Source: Candidatus Latescibacterota bacterium
GTDB taxonomy: Bacteria; Latescibacterota; UBA2968; GCA-2709665
Length of the DNA: 64,000 bases
Direction of reading: 5' to 3'
Assembly: GCA_965219995.1 (NCBI GenBank)
Contig: CBDCOX010000002.1
Location: 640,001 to 704,000 of the forward strand
Shown here: positions 37,961-47,299 of the stretch, one piece after another
Numbering within the stretch: position 1 is the first letter of the stretch
Layout of the letters: every line of letters starts with the position of its first letter
Made by a program: the position numbers and the translations under genes
Notes under the pieces: model-generated
The model's input: the letters and a program-made list of their open reading frames with translations, nothing else
Databases searched by the model: none
What the model was told of the DNA's origin: nothing

Positions 37961-40402
37961 ATGAGGCGATTTGTCCGATATACCGCCCTGATTGTAATAT
38001 CCGGCGCGATTTATCCTCAGCTACAGATGGCCGAGGCTTCCTCCGCGCCAACTGACAGCGTGCTGTTCTGCGGGGTCGCCAACGAGCAGTTGCGACGGGA
38101 TCCCCCTCGTCCCGCGGCCAAGCGTCCTGCGAATCTGAACAGGGGCGAACCGCGCACGGTGCGGATGATCTACTTCCTGCCCAACGACTGGTCGTACAGG
38201 GCCGAAGTGGTGGATTCGATGAAGACGGTGATCCGGGAGGCCCAGACCTTTTATCGCGAGCAGATGGATGCCCACGGCTACGGCAAGTGGACCTTTGCCT
38301 ATGAGACCGATGCGCAGGGCGAGCCGCTGGTGCATCGCGTGGACGGCCGGCATCCCTTCAGCCACTATGACAACACGTTGGGTACGGCTGTGGTTGCCGA
38401 GCTTGAAGAGACGTTCGATCTCGATGCGAACATCTACGCCATCATTCTGGGTACGGACGCCCTGCGTCAAGGTAATGGGAAGCCGACGCTCGGTGTGGGT
38501 CGTCGTCGGACGAAGAACGGCGGCTATCTCGTGGTGCCGGACGGATTCAGTTTCTTCACGGTGGCTCATGAACTGGGACATACCTTCGGGCTGTATCACG
38601 ATTTCCGTGATGATGCGTACATAATGTCGTATGGTAACCGTCGTCGGTCCGTGCTATCGGCGTGCGCCGCCGAATTCCTGGCGGTGCATACCTGCTTCGA
38701 TCCCGCCATTCCGATCGAAGACGGCCAGCCGCCGGCTGTTAAGTTGGTTTCGCCCAATCGATATCAGCCAGGCACAACAAGCGTCCCGGTTCGACTGCAG
38801 GTCAGTGATCCGAAGGGGCTTCACCAGGTAGGCCTGATTGGCAGCGGACAGTGGTGTCGCAAATTGGCCGGCGAGAAGGATGCTGTCGTCGAATTTCAAT
38901 ACAAGGGCGGCTTTGGGCAGCGCGGATTCAATCCGCTCGCCGACCGTCGCAAACATCACCTTTTCGTCGTCGCCTTGGATGCGGGCGGGAACGTTAGCGA
39001 GAACGCGTACTCTCTGGCTGAAATGTCTCCCCATGAGATCGTTACTTTGAGAAGCCGTGAGGTCAATGTCACGTCAGTAGCGTTTTCCCCCGATGGATCC
39101 CGTCTCGCCTACGGCACAAGACCAGAAAACGGACACGATGCCAAAGTATATCTGTGGAACGTAAAGACGGGCGAAAGCATCCCCATGCTGAGTACGAAAT
39201 CGGTTACATGGGTGGCGTTCTCGCGTGACGGGACGCTCGCCGCAGGATTTCTGAATCGGACCACACTGGTTGACGTGTCGACTCGAACAGAGATCGCCAC
39301 TTTTCCAGGAGGTGGTCCGTTGGCGTTCTCTCACGACGGAACCCTGCTCGCCTCGCACGGACCGGACGGGATCACCTCGATAGGGCTATGGGACGTGAGC
39401 AGACGAAAGGAGGTCGGTGTCCTGAGAAGACATAAGGACCAGATCAACGCGCTTGCTTTTTCTTCCGACGGCGCCCTGCTTGCGTCCGGGTCCGGGAATG
39501 GTCGGTTGGGAGACGACTCGGTCCGGCTGTGGCAGGTGGCAGACCAAGAGGAGATCGCCAGAATTCAGGTGCCGGGACACGGGGTGTGGTCTGTCGCTTT
39601 CTCGCCCGACCGAAGAACGCTCGCATGGGGGTCTGCGAATGGTGGGGCCACGCTTTGGGACGTGGCAAACCGATCAGAAGTCGCGTTCTTCAAGACGGCC
39701 GGACCTCCGGTGGTGTTTTTCCCAGACGGGGCTACGCTGGCCTGCGATGCCGGAGACGGAGCGATAAGCCTGTGGGACGTGGCGAGCCAGGAAAAGCTGT
39801 TTACGCTGACCGGTGAATCTCCCGATGTCAATTCAATGTCGATTTCTCCAGACGGTAAATTGCTCGCTTCCGGTTCGTGGTTCGGAGGCACGATCACATT
39901 GTGGGACGTGTCGGAATGGTCGGGCCCTCGCCCCTCCACCCTGGAGATCATTTCCGGAGACAGCCAGCGGGGTGTGGCAGGGTCCGCGCTTGCCGACTCG
40001 CTGGGCGTGCGGGTACGGGATCAATTGGGCAACCCCCTGCCCGGCGTATCCGTCAATTTCAAGATAACCGCCGGCGACGGGGCGCTGTCTGATACCACGG
40101 CTACAACCGATGAGAACGGCCGCGCTTCCGTTGCGCTGATCCTGGGCGAGGAGCCGGGGACAAACGCGGTTGCCGTTTCTGTCGCGAATCTAGAGCCGGT
40201 AACCTTCGCCGCCGTCGCGACAGCACGGTCGGACTTCGACGGCGACGGCACCGTCGGCTTTAGCGATTTCGTGCAGTTTGCCGCACAGTTCGGATCGAGC
40301 GAGGGCGAAGAGGGGTACGACGTGCGGTTCGACCTGGACGGGAACGGCGCCGTCGGGTTCAGCGATTTTGTGATCTTTGCGAGTGCTTTCGAGAAGGCCT
40401 GA
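37961..40402 (+). CDS. Secreted Zn-metallopeptidase (HELGH) + WD40 + Big-1-like Ig + dockerin-like domain
   Basis: MRRFVRY signal ending AEA; GEPRTVRMIYFLP shared with 1456-3975; HELGHTFGLYHD; WD40 repeats; DFDGDGTVGFSDF. Confidence 0.88.
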   Translation: MRRFVRYTALIVISGAIYPQLQMAEASSAPTDSVLFCGVANEQLRRDPPRPAAKRPANLNRGEPRTVRMIYFLPNDWSYRAEVVDSMKTVIREAQTFYREQMDAHGYGKWTFAYETDAQGEPLVHRVDGRHPFSHYDNTLGTAVVAELEETFDLDANIYAIILGTDALRQGNGKPTLGVGRRRTKNGGYLVVPDGFSFFTVAHELGHTFGLYHDFRDDAYIMSYGNRRRSVLSACAAEFLAVHTCFDPAIPIEDGQPPAVKLVSPNRYQPGTTSVPVRLQVSDPKGLHQVGLIGSGQWCRKLAGEKDAVVEFQYKGGFGQRGFNPLADRRKHHLFVVALDAGGNVSENAYSLAEMSPHEIVTLRSREVNVTSVAFSPDGSRLAYGTRPENGHDAKVYLWNVKTGESIPMLSTKSVTWVAFSRDGTLAAGFLNRTTLVDVSTRTEIATFPGGGPLAFSHDGTLLASHGPDGITSIGLWDVSRRKEVGVLRRHKDQINALAFSSDGALLASGSGNGRLGDDSVRLWQVADQEEIARIQVPGHGVWSVAFSPDRRTLAWGSANGGATLWDVANRSEVAFFKTAGPPVVFFPDGATLACDAGDGAISLWDVASQEKLFTLTGESPDVNSMSISPDGKLLASGSWFGGTITLWDVSEWSGPRPSTLEIISGDSQRGVAGSALADSLGVRVRDQLGNPLPGVSVNFKITAGDGALSDTTATTDENGRASVALILGEEPGTNAVAVSVANLEPVTFAAVATARSDFDGDGTVGFSDFVQFAAQFGSSEGEEGYDVRFDLDGNGAVGFSDFVIFASAFEKA

Positions 40403-40544
40403 AAGCGATGAGAGGTGAGACGGGAGAGGGTAGACGGGAGAAGATATGAGTGCCCTACGGTTCTTTTGTCGTAACGATTAGGGCTACAAACCCGGCACAG
40501 GTTACGAGGGAACGCGGATTGTCAAACATTGGACGCGTATGGGT

Positions 40545-40589
40545 AATCATAAACAGGCCCCCGCAATCTGCGGGGGCCTGTTTATGATT
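40545..40589. terminator. Perfect 21-bp inverted repeat, likely bidirectional terminator
   Basis: AATCATAAACAGGCCCCCGCA-ATC-TGCGGGGGCCTGTTTATGATT. Confidence 0.7.
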
Positions 40590-40659
40590 CCCTTATCGAA
40601 AGGCGCAGAAACACCGATTCCTTGACCGAAAGTGCGGACTGTATTATCTTGGGCGACAG

Positions 40660-40692
40660 AAAAAAGGAAGTTGAGAATGGTTCTCAACTTCC
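40660..40692 (-). terminator. Terminator downstream of tRNA-Arg
   Basis: 12-bp stem GGAAGTTGAGAA/TTCTCAACTTCC followed by a T-run on the minus strand. Confidence 0.75.
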
Positions 40693-40703
40693 CTTGATTT
40701 TTC

Positions 40704-40780
40704 TGGTGCGGATGCCAGGATTCGAACCCGGAACCGCCTGGTCCGTAGCCAGGTGCTCTATCCAGTTGAGCCACATCCGC
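40704..40780 (-). tRNA. tRNA-Arg (ACG)
   Basis: Reverse complement GCGGATG...CCTGG-CTACGGA-CCAGG...GGTTCGAATCC...CATCCGC-ACCA. Confidence 0.95.
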
Positions 40781-40828
40781 ACCGTATTGATCGGCCCGAG
40801 CGCAGGTCCAGCGATTTTACGGCCACAT

Positions 40829-40857
40829 AAATTAACCAAAACGCCCCGAGGTGTCAA
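40829..40857 (-). promoter_or_regulatory. sigma70 promoter of tRNA-Arg
   Basis: TTGACA-N17-TAATTT. Confidence 0.6.
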
Positions 40858-40890
40858 GGAATCCGGGAGTACCAACAATAGCGGGAGGGT

Positions 40891-42978
40891 ATGGTGAGCG
40901 AATTTGAAGCCCCTGTATATGAAGCCGGCGAATTCTGGCGGCAGGTAAAGCCGGATGTCCCGGGACTGGACCTGCCGGCGGATGTGTCAGACTCTGAGGA
41001 CGAAGCCGCCGCCTGGCGCGCGTGGCACGCGTATCTTGCCGCCAGGCAGGAGCCCACGTGGCACTTCGATTCGGAGCGGTTCGGCGATACGGTTCGCACG
41101 CACTGGCCGGGCCTTGCGCGCGTCTGGATCGAAATGTCAGATCTGCTGATTGACGGAAAGATGATCTACGGCGAGGGCGCGGTGCCCTATGTGCCGGGTG
41201 AGGGACTGGACTGGAACGCGAACCCGGAAAAGACCATGAACTGGGGCGGAATCCACTATATGTTCTTCATCAGGTGGCCGATCCGCGCGGCGATGTTGAC
41301 CGGGGAGGGGAAGTACGTCCGGGCGGTCGGGGACTGCATGCGAAGCTACCTGGAACAGATGGACGACATCCGGGACCTAGCGGGGGTGATGGGGCGCGGC
41401 CCCGAAGCCGGCGGCTTCTACGCGGTCTGGAACACGCTCGCCGTCGGGTTGAAGTTGAAGGCGCTGGGCGAAGCGCTCTACGCGCTGCGCGCCCACCCGG
41501 ACTGGAGCGCGGCGGACTGCCGGGCCGTATCCATCATGATCTGGCGGCTGGCGCGTCATCTGTATGGACAGGTGACGTCGCAGACGGCGGTGGAATGGCA
41601 GCAGCAGCTGAATTTCATCTCCTCGGGAAGCGGCGGACTGGGGGGCGTCGGCGCGCTGCTGCCGGAGTGGGAGGCCGGGGAGGGTTGGTTGGAAACCGCC
41701 CGGCAGATCCAGGAAGTGCTGCTCCTGAACCAGGTATATCCGGACGGATTTCAGAAGGAAATCTGCACCCAGTACCATAAGACGGTCATCCGTTCGTTTG
41801 CCACGCTCCAGATGATCCTGGCTCGCCGCGGGTTGCCGAGCTTCTACGATACGGAGCCCTTCAGGTCCCGGTTTCTTGCGATGCACCGCTTCCTGGCCGA
41901 GATTCTGACGCCGGACGGATTTACGCCCGCCATCAATTCCGCGGTGTACGCACAGGACTGGCCGGCGTTTCTGGCCGCGGGTAACTCCTTCTTCAAGGAT
42001 CCGGTGCTTCAATGGCACATCGACCGCGGGTACCATCCCAACCTCGTACCGGTCCAGAAGGGCGGTCCCGGATGGGGCAATACGATTCTGAACGACCTCT
42101 GCGTTCCTAGGCCGGAAGGCGTAACCGTCCAGGCCGCCCGCCCTGCCTCGCGCCTGTTTCCCGATTCAGGGGTTGCCGTACTTCGCGACGGTTGGGACGG
42201 GGACGCGAACGTACTGGTCCTGGATTTCGGGCATCCCGAAGGCGGGCACGCCTACGGCGGGCAAGCTTCGTTCTCCGCCTGGGTGAAGGGGCGGCCGGCG
42301 GCGCTGTCGCCGGGCTCGCCCTTCGCGTACAGCGATCCGGAATACAAGCCCTGGTACGTCAGCACACAGGGCCAGAACACGGTCTGGATCGACGGCGACG
42401 ACCAGGAAATGTGGCGCCCGGGAAACCAGCGTCGCATCTGGGGCCGGCTGCTCGCTTGGCGGGAGACGGAGTCTGAAACCCGCATAAAGGTATCGCACGA
42501 CGGATACGTGCGGTCGAAGGGCGTGCGGCACGAACGCACGGTGTTGTTGCGAAAGGGAAGGTATTTCCTGATTTACGACCTGCTCGATGCCTCGGGCAGC
42601 GACGAACCGCGCTCGCTGCGCTGGACCCTGCGCTGTCCGGATGCGCTACGCGAGGAAGGCAACCGCGTGGTGATCAGCGACGGCGCCCCGGGCGTACGGT
42701 TGGCGCCCGCGTGGGCCCCGGAAATCCGCGAGGTGGAAATCGGATGGGGTTCGAGTATGGTCCCGCTGACGTATCGTCCGGATATGTCGGCCCAGAAAGC
42801 GCCGGTCTGCCACGCCAGGTTCGTGCAGGACGTGGACGCCGGCGGGCAGGCGCGTTTTCTCGTGCTGATGTCGTCCGGAGATTGTCCGGACGCGCAGGTT
42901 CACGCCGACCTTATCGACGGCGGCGTTACGGCCACCGTCACCGCCTGGGGCGAAACCGACCGCATCGTTCTGAGATGA
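40891..42978 (+). CDS. Heparinase II/III-like polysaccharide lyase family protein
   Basis: VYPDGFQKE...YH, FPDSGVAVLRDGW, GGH and QNTVWIDG.DQ, SHDGY...HER. No signal peptide; some conserved His positions are altered. Confidence 0.75.
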   Translation: MVSEFEAPVYEAGEFWRQVKPDVPGLDLPADVSDSEDEAAAWRAWHAYLAARQEPTWHFDSERFGDTVRTHWPGLARVWIEMSDLLIDGKMIYGEGAVPYVPGEGLDWNANPEKTMNWGGIHYMFFIRWPIRAAMLTGEGKYVRAVGDCMRSYLEQMDDIRDLAGVMGRGPEAGGFYAVWNTLAVGLKLKALGEALYALRAHPDWSAADCRAVSIMIWRLARHLYGQVTSQTAVEWQQQLNFISSGSGGLGGVGALLPEWEAGEGWLETARQIQEVLLLNQVYPDGFQKEICTQYHKTVIRSFATLQMILARRGLPSFYDTEPFRSRFLAMHRFLAEILTPDGFTPAINSAVYAQDWPAFLAAGNSFFKDPVLQWHIDRGYHPNLVPVQKGGPGWGNTILNDLCVPRPEGVTVQAARPASRLFPDSGVAVLRDGWDGDANVLVLDFGHPEGGHAYGGQASFSAWVKGRPAALSPGSPFAYSDPEYKPWYVSTQGQNTVWIDGDDQEMWRPGNQRRIWGRLLAWRETESETRIKVSHDGYVRSKGVRHERTVLLRKGRYFLIYDLLDASGSDEPRSLRWTLRCPDALREEGNRVVISDGAPGVRLAPAWAPEIREVEIGWGSSMVPLTYRPDMSAQKAPVCHARFVQDVDAGGQARFLVLMSSGDCPDAQVHADLIDGGVTATVTAWGETDRIVLR

Positions 42979-42982
42979 TCGA

Positions 42983-44695
42983 ATGAACACCGGAGGTACG
43001 CAGGTGGTGACGGAGCAGGCGATGAAATATCGGGTCCGCGTCGACCGCAACGTCGAAGCGACGATGCGTGACGGCGTCGTTCTCCGGGCCGACGTGGCCC
43101 GGCCCCGCGAGCCGGGAAGGTTTCCGGCGCTCGTTCAACGTACTCCGTACGGAAAAGCGGCGAATACGCAACTGGCGGAGGCGGGGTACGTGGTCATTTC
43201 CCAGGATATGCGCGGCCGGTACGCGTCTGACGGCGAGTTCACGCCTATGTTCATGCCCGGCTATCAGGATGCCGCGGACGGTTACGATACCGTGGAGTGG
43301 GCCGCACGGCTGCCGTATTCGGACGGAACGGTGGGCGTGTACGGCATCTCGTACCCCTCCTGGGCGTCGTGGGAGCTGGCGTCCGTCAGGCCGCCGCACC
43401 TGGTCGCCATGTTCAACGGCGGGTTCGCCACGCGGCTGACGGACTGGGAGCTCGGCGGCGTGCTGCGCACCGGGCGGGTGCAGCAGTGGCTCTTCCGCTC
43501 CCTGGGTCCGGACCTGCGCCGCCGCGCCGGCCTGCCAGGACCGCATACGCCGGCTGAAGCCGGGGAATCGGCCGGCAAGGACCGCGAGAAACCGCTCTGG
43601 TTCGTCCCGTTGAAGGACCTGCCCGACGAGTACGCGGCCGGATGCCGGGACATCTGGCACTATTGGCTGGACCACCATCACAAGGACATTTTCGATTTCG
43701 GCAAGCGGCACGGGGAAGTGGACGTTCCGGTTCTTCATATGACGGGTTGGCACGACCGGCTGGTCCTGACGGTGGATCACTTCGCGGGCATGCGGAGGAA
43801 CGGCCGCACGCGGGCCGCTCGAAAGGCGCAGCGGCTGGTTGTCGGCCCCTGGTCGCACGGATCGCAGGGACCCCGGCGGGTCGGCGAAATGGACTTCGGG
43901 AGATCGGCGGCGGTCGACTTCAACGCGCTGATGGTGCGCTGGTTCGATGCCTGGCTCAAGGGAAAGCCGAACGGCATGATGCGTACGGCGCCCGTCCGGT
44001 ATTTCGTGATGGGAGAGAACCGGTGGCGGACGGCGCCGGCATGGCCGGTACCGGATGTGAAGTCCGTGTCGTTCCACCTGGCTTCCGACGGCGGCGCAAA
44101 CGGCGCGTCGGGAAGCGGGAGGCTGGTCAGAAGACCGCCCGCGGGCCCCGGCAGCGACCGGTACGAGTACGACCCACGCGATCCGGTGATGTCGCTCTTT
44201 TACGAGAGTTGCCAGGATGCGCCGTACGATCAGCGGCGTCTGGACGGCCGGCGGGACGTACTCGTGTACCTGACCCGCCGCCTGAAGACGGGCATCCGCG
44301 CGGTTGGCCGTCCGGAAGTGGTGCTTCACGCGGCGTCCAGCGCCAGGGACACCGACTTTATCGTGAAGTTGATGGACGTCCATCCGGACGGGTTCGTCCA
44401 CCAGGTGAGCTACGGAATCGTTCGGGCGAGATTCCGGAACGGGTTCGACTGCCCTGAGCCACTGTCGCCGGGAAAGGTCTGCCGGTACCGGATTTCAATG
44501 CTCCCCACGGCGGTCCTCTTCCGCCCCGGGCACAGGATCCGTCTGGACGTGACGAGCTCGGACTTTCCGAACTTCGACCGGAATCACAACACCGGCGGAG
44601 ACGACTACGCGGATGCCGGTTTCGTGATCGCCCGCCAGGAGGTATTTCACGGGCCCGGCCGGCTTTCGCGGGTGATTCTCCCGGTGTCGGATTGA
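42983..44695 (+). CDS. CocE/NonD-family serine hydrolase
   Basis: MRDGVVLRAD, RTPY, QDMRGRYASDG, nucleophile GISY, GWHD, GPWSH, SSDFP.FDRN.NTG. Confidence 0.9.
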   Translation: MNTGGTQVVTEQAMKYRVRVDRNVEATMRDGVVLRADVARPREPGRFPALVQRTPYGKAANTQLAEAGYVVISQDMRGRYASDGEFTPMFMPGYQDAADGYDTVEWAARLPYSDGTVGVYGISYPSWASWELASVRPPHLVAMFNGGFATRLTDWELGGVLRTGRVQQWLFRSLGPDLRRRAGLPGPHTPAEAGESAGKDREKPLWFVPLKDLPDEYAAGCRDIWHYWLDHHHKDIFDFGKRHGEVDVPVLHMTGWHDRLVLTVDHFAGMRRNGRTRAARKAQRLVVGPWSHGSQGPRRVGEMDFGRSAAVDFNALMVRWFDAWLKGKPNGMMRTAPVRYFVMGENRWRTAPAWPVPDVKSVSFHLASDGGANGASGSGRLVRRPPAGPGSDRYEYDPRDPVMSLFYESCQDAPYDQRRLDGRRDVLVYLTRRLKTGIRAVGRPEVVLHAASSARDTDFIVKLMDVHPDGFVHQVSYGIVRARFRNGFDCPEPLSPGKVCRYRISMLPTAVLFRPGHRIRLDVTSSDFPNFDRNHNTGGDDYADAGFVIARQEVFHGPGRLSRVILPVSD

Positions 44696-44707
44696 CGTTT
44701 CGCGGCC

Positions 44708-44736
44708 TTGACACCCGGCCCCGGCGGGCGTATTTT
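44708..44736 (+). promoter_or_regulatory. sigma70 promoter
   Basis: TTGACA-N17-TATTTT upstream of the beta-helix gene. Confidence 0.55.
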
Positions 44737-44809
44737 GCAGTCTCCGGAAATCGATGCGATCTTTCGTACCGGGTCGAGGTAAAGGCGATTGAAGATTGGA
44801 GAGACAGCG

Positions 44810-46054
44810 ATGATCGATCTTGCGACCAACCGGCCGATCACGGCGCGGCGGGACATGGTGCTCACGGTGGGTCCGGACGAAGGGGACCTCCAGGGGACGG
44901 ACGACAAGGCGCTCCAGGCCGGCGCGGACTATCTCCGGCGGCTCGGGGGTGGGATTCTGCAGGTTCTTCCCGGTGTGTATACCATGCGAAACGCGCTGTA
45001 CCTGCATCCGGGCCTCACGGTTCGGGGCCGGGGCGAAGCGACGGTGCTGAAGAAAGCGCCGGGGTTCAAGACAGAACTGAACCGGGATTCCGATTGGTAC
45101 GAGGCGCGTGTTGCCGTCCGCGACGCATCCGGGTTCCGCCCGGGCTGCGGCGTGATGCTTCGGGCGTTTCGAGGTGGAGACGGCCGGATGGAGGTCGTGA
45201 AAGATACCGTGACGGCGGTGGAAGGCAACCTGGTTTCATTGAGCAAGCGGATCTACAAGAACATGTGGCTGGAGGAGCGCGCGACGCTGGCAACGGTCTT
45301 TCCGATCCTGACGGCGGCCGAGGGCGTACACGACGTTCGCATCGAGGACCTCCTGCTGGACGGGAACCGCGAGGAGAATGAAGAGATAAACGGGAACTAT
45401 TCCGGCGCGGTGTTTCTGCAACGCTGTCACCGGTACCGGTTCTCCAACGTGACCGCGCGGAACTACAACGGAGACGGGTTCAGCTTTCAGATCTGCGACG
45501 ACTTCGTCTTCGACAACTGCGTGTCCCGGGGCAACGCGAATCTGGGGTTTCATCCCGGAAGCGGATCTCAGCGGCCGGTGTTCCGGAACTGCCGGTCCAC
45601 CGCCAACAGCCAGGGAATCTTCTTCTGCTGGGGCGTGTCGGACGGGCTCGCCGAGGACTGCATCTGTTCGGACAATCTCGACTTCGGCATCTCCATCGGA
45701 CACCGTGACACCGACAACCGGATCAGGAACTGTACCATTGAGCGCAATCACAAGGTTGGCGTGCTCTTTCGGGAGCCCCAGTCGGAATTCAGGGGTGCGC
45801 ACCGGAACGTCGTGGCATCCTGCAGGATCCGGGACAACGGATTCGCCGCGGACGGCGCCGGCGTGGACATTCGCGGGAAGACCCACCACGTCGAGATTCG
45901 CGACTGCCGGATCGAAGATACCGGCGATGGAAAACAGAAGATCGGCGTCCGGATCGACGAAGAGGCGAGGGATACCGTCGTCAGCGGGAATCAGTTCGTG
46001 AATCTGGAGGAAGACGTCAGGGCGGGAGGCGCAAGGGAGGCCGTGCCGGGCTGA
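44810..46054 (+). CDS. Right-handed parallel beta-helix (pectin lyase-like fold) protein
   Basis: ALQAGAD...GGG...PGVY N-terminal cap and repeated N-C/N-G beta-helix rungs. Confidence 0.8.
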   Translation: MIDLATNRPITARRDMVLTVGPDEGDLQGTDDKALQAGADYLRRLGGGILQVLPGVYTMRNALYLHPGLTVRGRGEATVLKKAPGFKTELNRDSDWYEARVAVRDASGFRPGCGVMLRAFRGGDGRMEVVKDTVTAVEGNLVSLSKRIYKNMWLEERATLATVFPILTAAEGVHDVRIEDLLLDGNREENEEINGNYSGAVFLQRCHRYRFSNVTARNYNGDGFSFQICDDFVFDNCVSRGNANLGFHPGSGSQRPVFRNCRSTANSQGIFFCWGVSDGLAEDCICSDNLDFGISIGHRDTDNRIRNCTIERNHKVGVLFREPQSEFRGAHRNVVASCRIRDNGFAADGAGVDIRGKTHHVEIRDCRIEDTGDGKQKIGVRIDEEARDTVVSGNQFVNLEEDVRAGGAREAVPG

Positions 46055-46159
46055 AACGGCGCAGGCGCCGTAGTCGAACCCTTCGACACTGACGCATCGA
46101 TCGATGCGAACGATCGACGCGGTAAGCGCAGGGGTTGAAACCATTTCAGGGGGCTATTC

Positions 46160-46393
46160 ATGTCGGTTTCGTTGAGCGAAGCGGAATTGAAGGACAAGGC
46201 GATCCGGTACCTGAAGACGCAGTATGGTGAGGATACGGTACGGATGGATGTACGGAACAACACCGTGGAAGAGGGCAGCGGAGTCTTCCACGTGGACTGT
46301 ACCGTGAGCGTGGGCGGATCGCTTTCGGACTGGACGAAGTGGTTCACGTTCCGGCAGGGTGAAGTGGCGGGCATGCGCTGGCAGACGCGGTAG
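46160..46393 (+). CDS. Small hypothetical protein (77 aa)
   Basis: ATG start with a G-rich RBS, co-oriented within the gene run, normal codon pattern. Confidence 0.65.
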   Translation: MSVSLSEAELKDKAIRYLKTQYGEDTVRMDVRNNTVEEGSGVFHVDCTVSVGGSLSDWTKWFTFRQGEVAGMRWQTR

Positions 46394-46444
46394 GGTTGCG
46401 CCCCGGCGCGCCAGTCGAAGTGCGCCTGATTTCGGAGGATCGCC

Positions 46445-47299
46445 GTGCCGTTGAAGCAACGAAACGTCCGCATGGGGCTGTTGAAGGCGATGCCCGCCAA
46501 GTGGGACCTGGAAGCAAATTGGGAGGTATTCGAACAGCAGTTCGGCAGGCATCGCGACGGCGGCCTGGATGTCTTCGTCACTCCCGAGTGTTTCCTCGAC
46601 GGGTACGCGGTGACCGAGGCGGATTGGACCGTCCGGAAATTTCGCGATATCGCTCAGACGGTGGGCGAAAGCAACTACGTCCGCAGAGTTCAGGAACTGG
46701 CGCGGTCGGCGCGGACGCACATCGTGTTCGGATTCACGGAGTTGAAGAACGGCCGATTCTACAACGCGGCGCTGCTGGCAGGACGCGGCGGCGAGATTCT
46801 GGGCACGTATTACAAGACGCATTTGCAGAACCACGATCTCCGCTTCGCCGCCGGCCGGGAACTGCCTGTTTTCGAACTGGATTTCGGGACCGTCGGTGTT
46901 GCGATATGCGCCGACCGTCGTTGGCCCGAGTCCGTGCGGGTATTGCGGCTGAAGGGTGCCGAGGTCTGTCTCCTCCCGACCTACGGGATGTCGCACCTGG
47001 ACAACGAGTGGTGGATGCGCACGCGGTCCTATGAAAACCAGATGTTCGTCTGCTTCGCACATCCCGGCGTGGCGTTCATCGCCGGCCCGACGGGTCGGCT
47101 CGACGCGAAACTCCAGTCGAACGTACCGGATGTGCTCGTGCATGAAATAGACCTGGATACCGTAACCGACGGGAACCATCTGGCCGACCGGAGGCCGGAA
47201 CTCTACGGGATCCTGTCGGACGTGACCCATCCGTCCAGGCAGGCGCCGTTCGAGCCGACCGTAACCGACGGGCCGCAAAGGAGGCAACGAGGTGACTGA
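46445..47299 (+). CDS. Carbon-nitrogen hydrolase (nitrilase superfamily)
   Basis: E-K-C triad: TPECFLDGY, YYKTHL, ICADRRWPE; RSYENQ. Confidence 0.9.
   Translation: MPLKQRNVRMGLLKAMPAKWDLEANWEVFEQQFGRHRDGGLDVFVTPECFLDGYAVTEADWTVRKFRDIAQTVGESNYVRRVQELARSARTHIVFGFTELKNGRFYNAALLAGRGGEILGTYYKTHLQNHDLRFAAGRELPVFELDFGTVGVAICADRRWPESVRVLRLKGAEVCLLPTYGMSHLDNEWWMRTRSYENQMFVCFAHPGVAFIAGPTGRLDAKLQSNVPDVLVHEIDLDTVTDGNHLADRRPELYGILSDVTHPSRQAPFEPTVTDGPQRRQRGD

Noticed and set aside
37567-40308. Diversity-generating retroelement template/variable repeat pair
   Set aside because: The core is identical rather than adenine-mutated, both copies are coding tails, and no reverse transcriptase is present.
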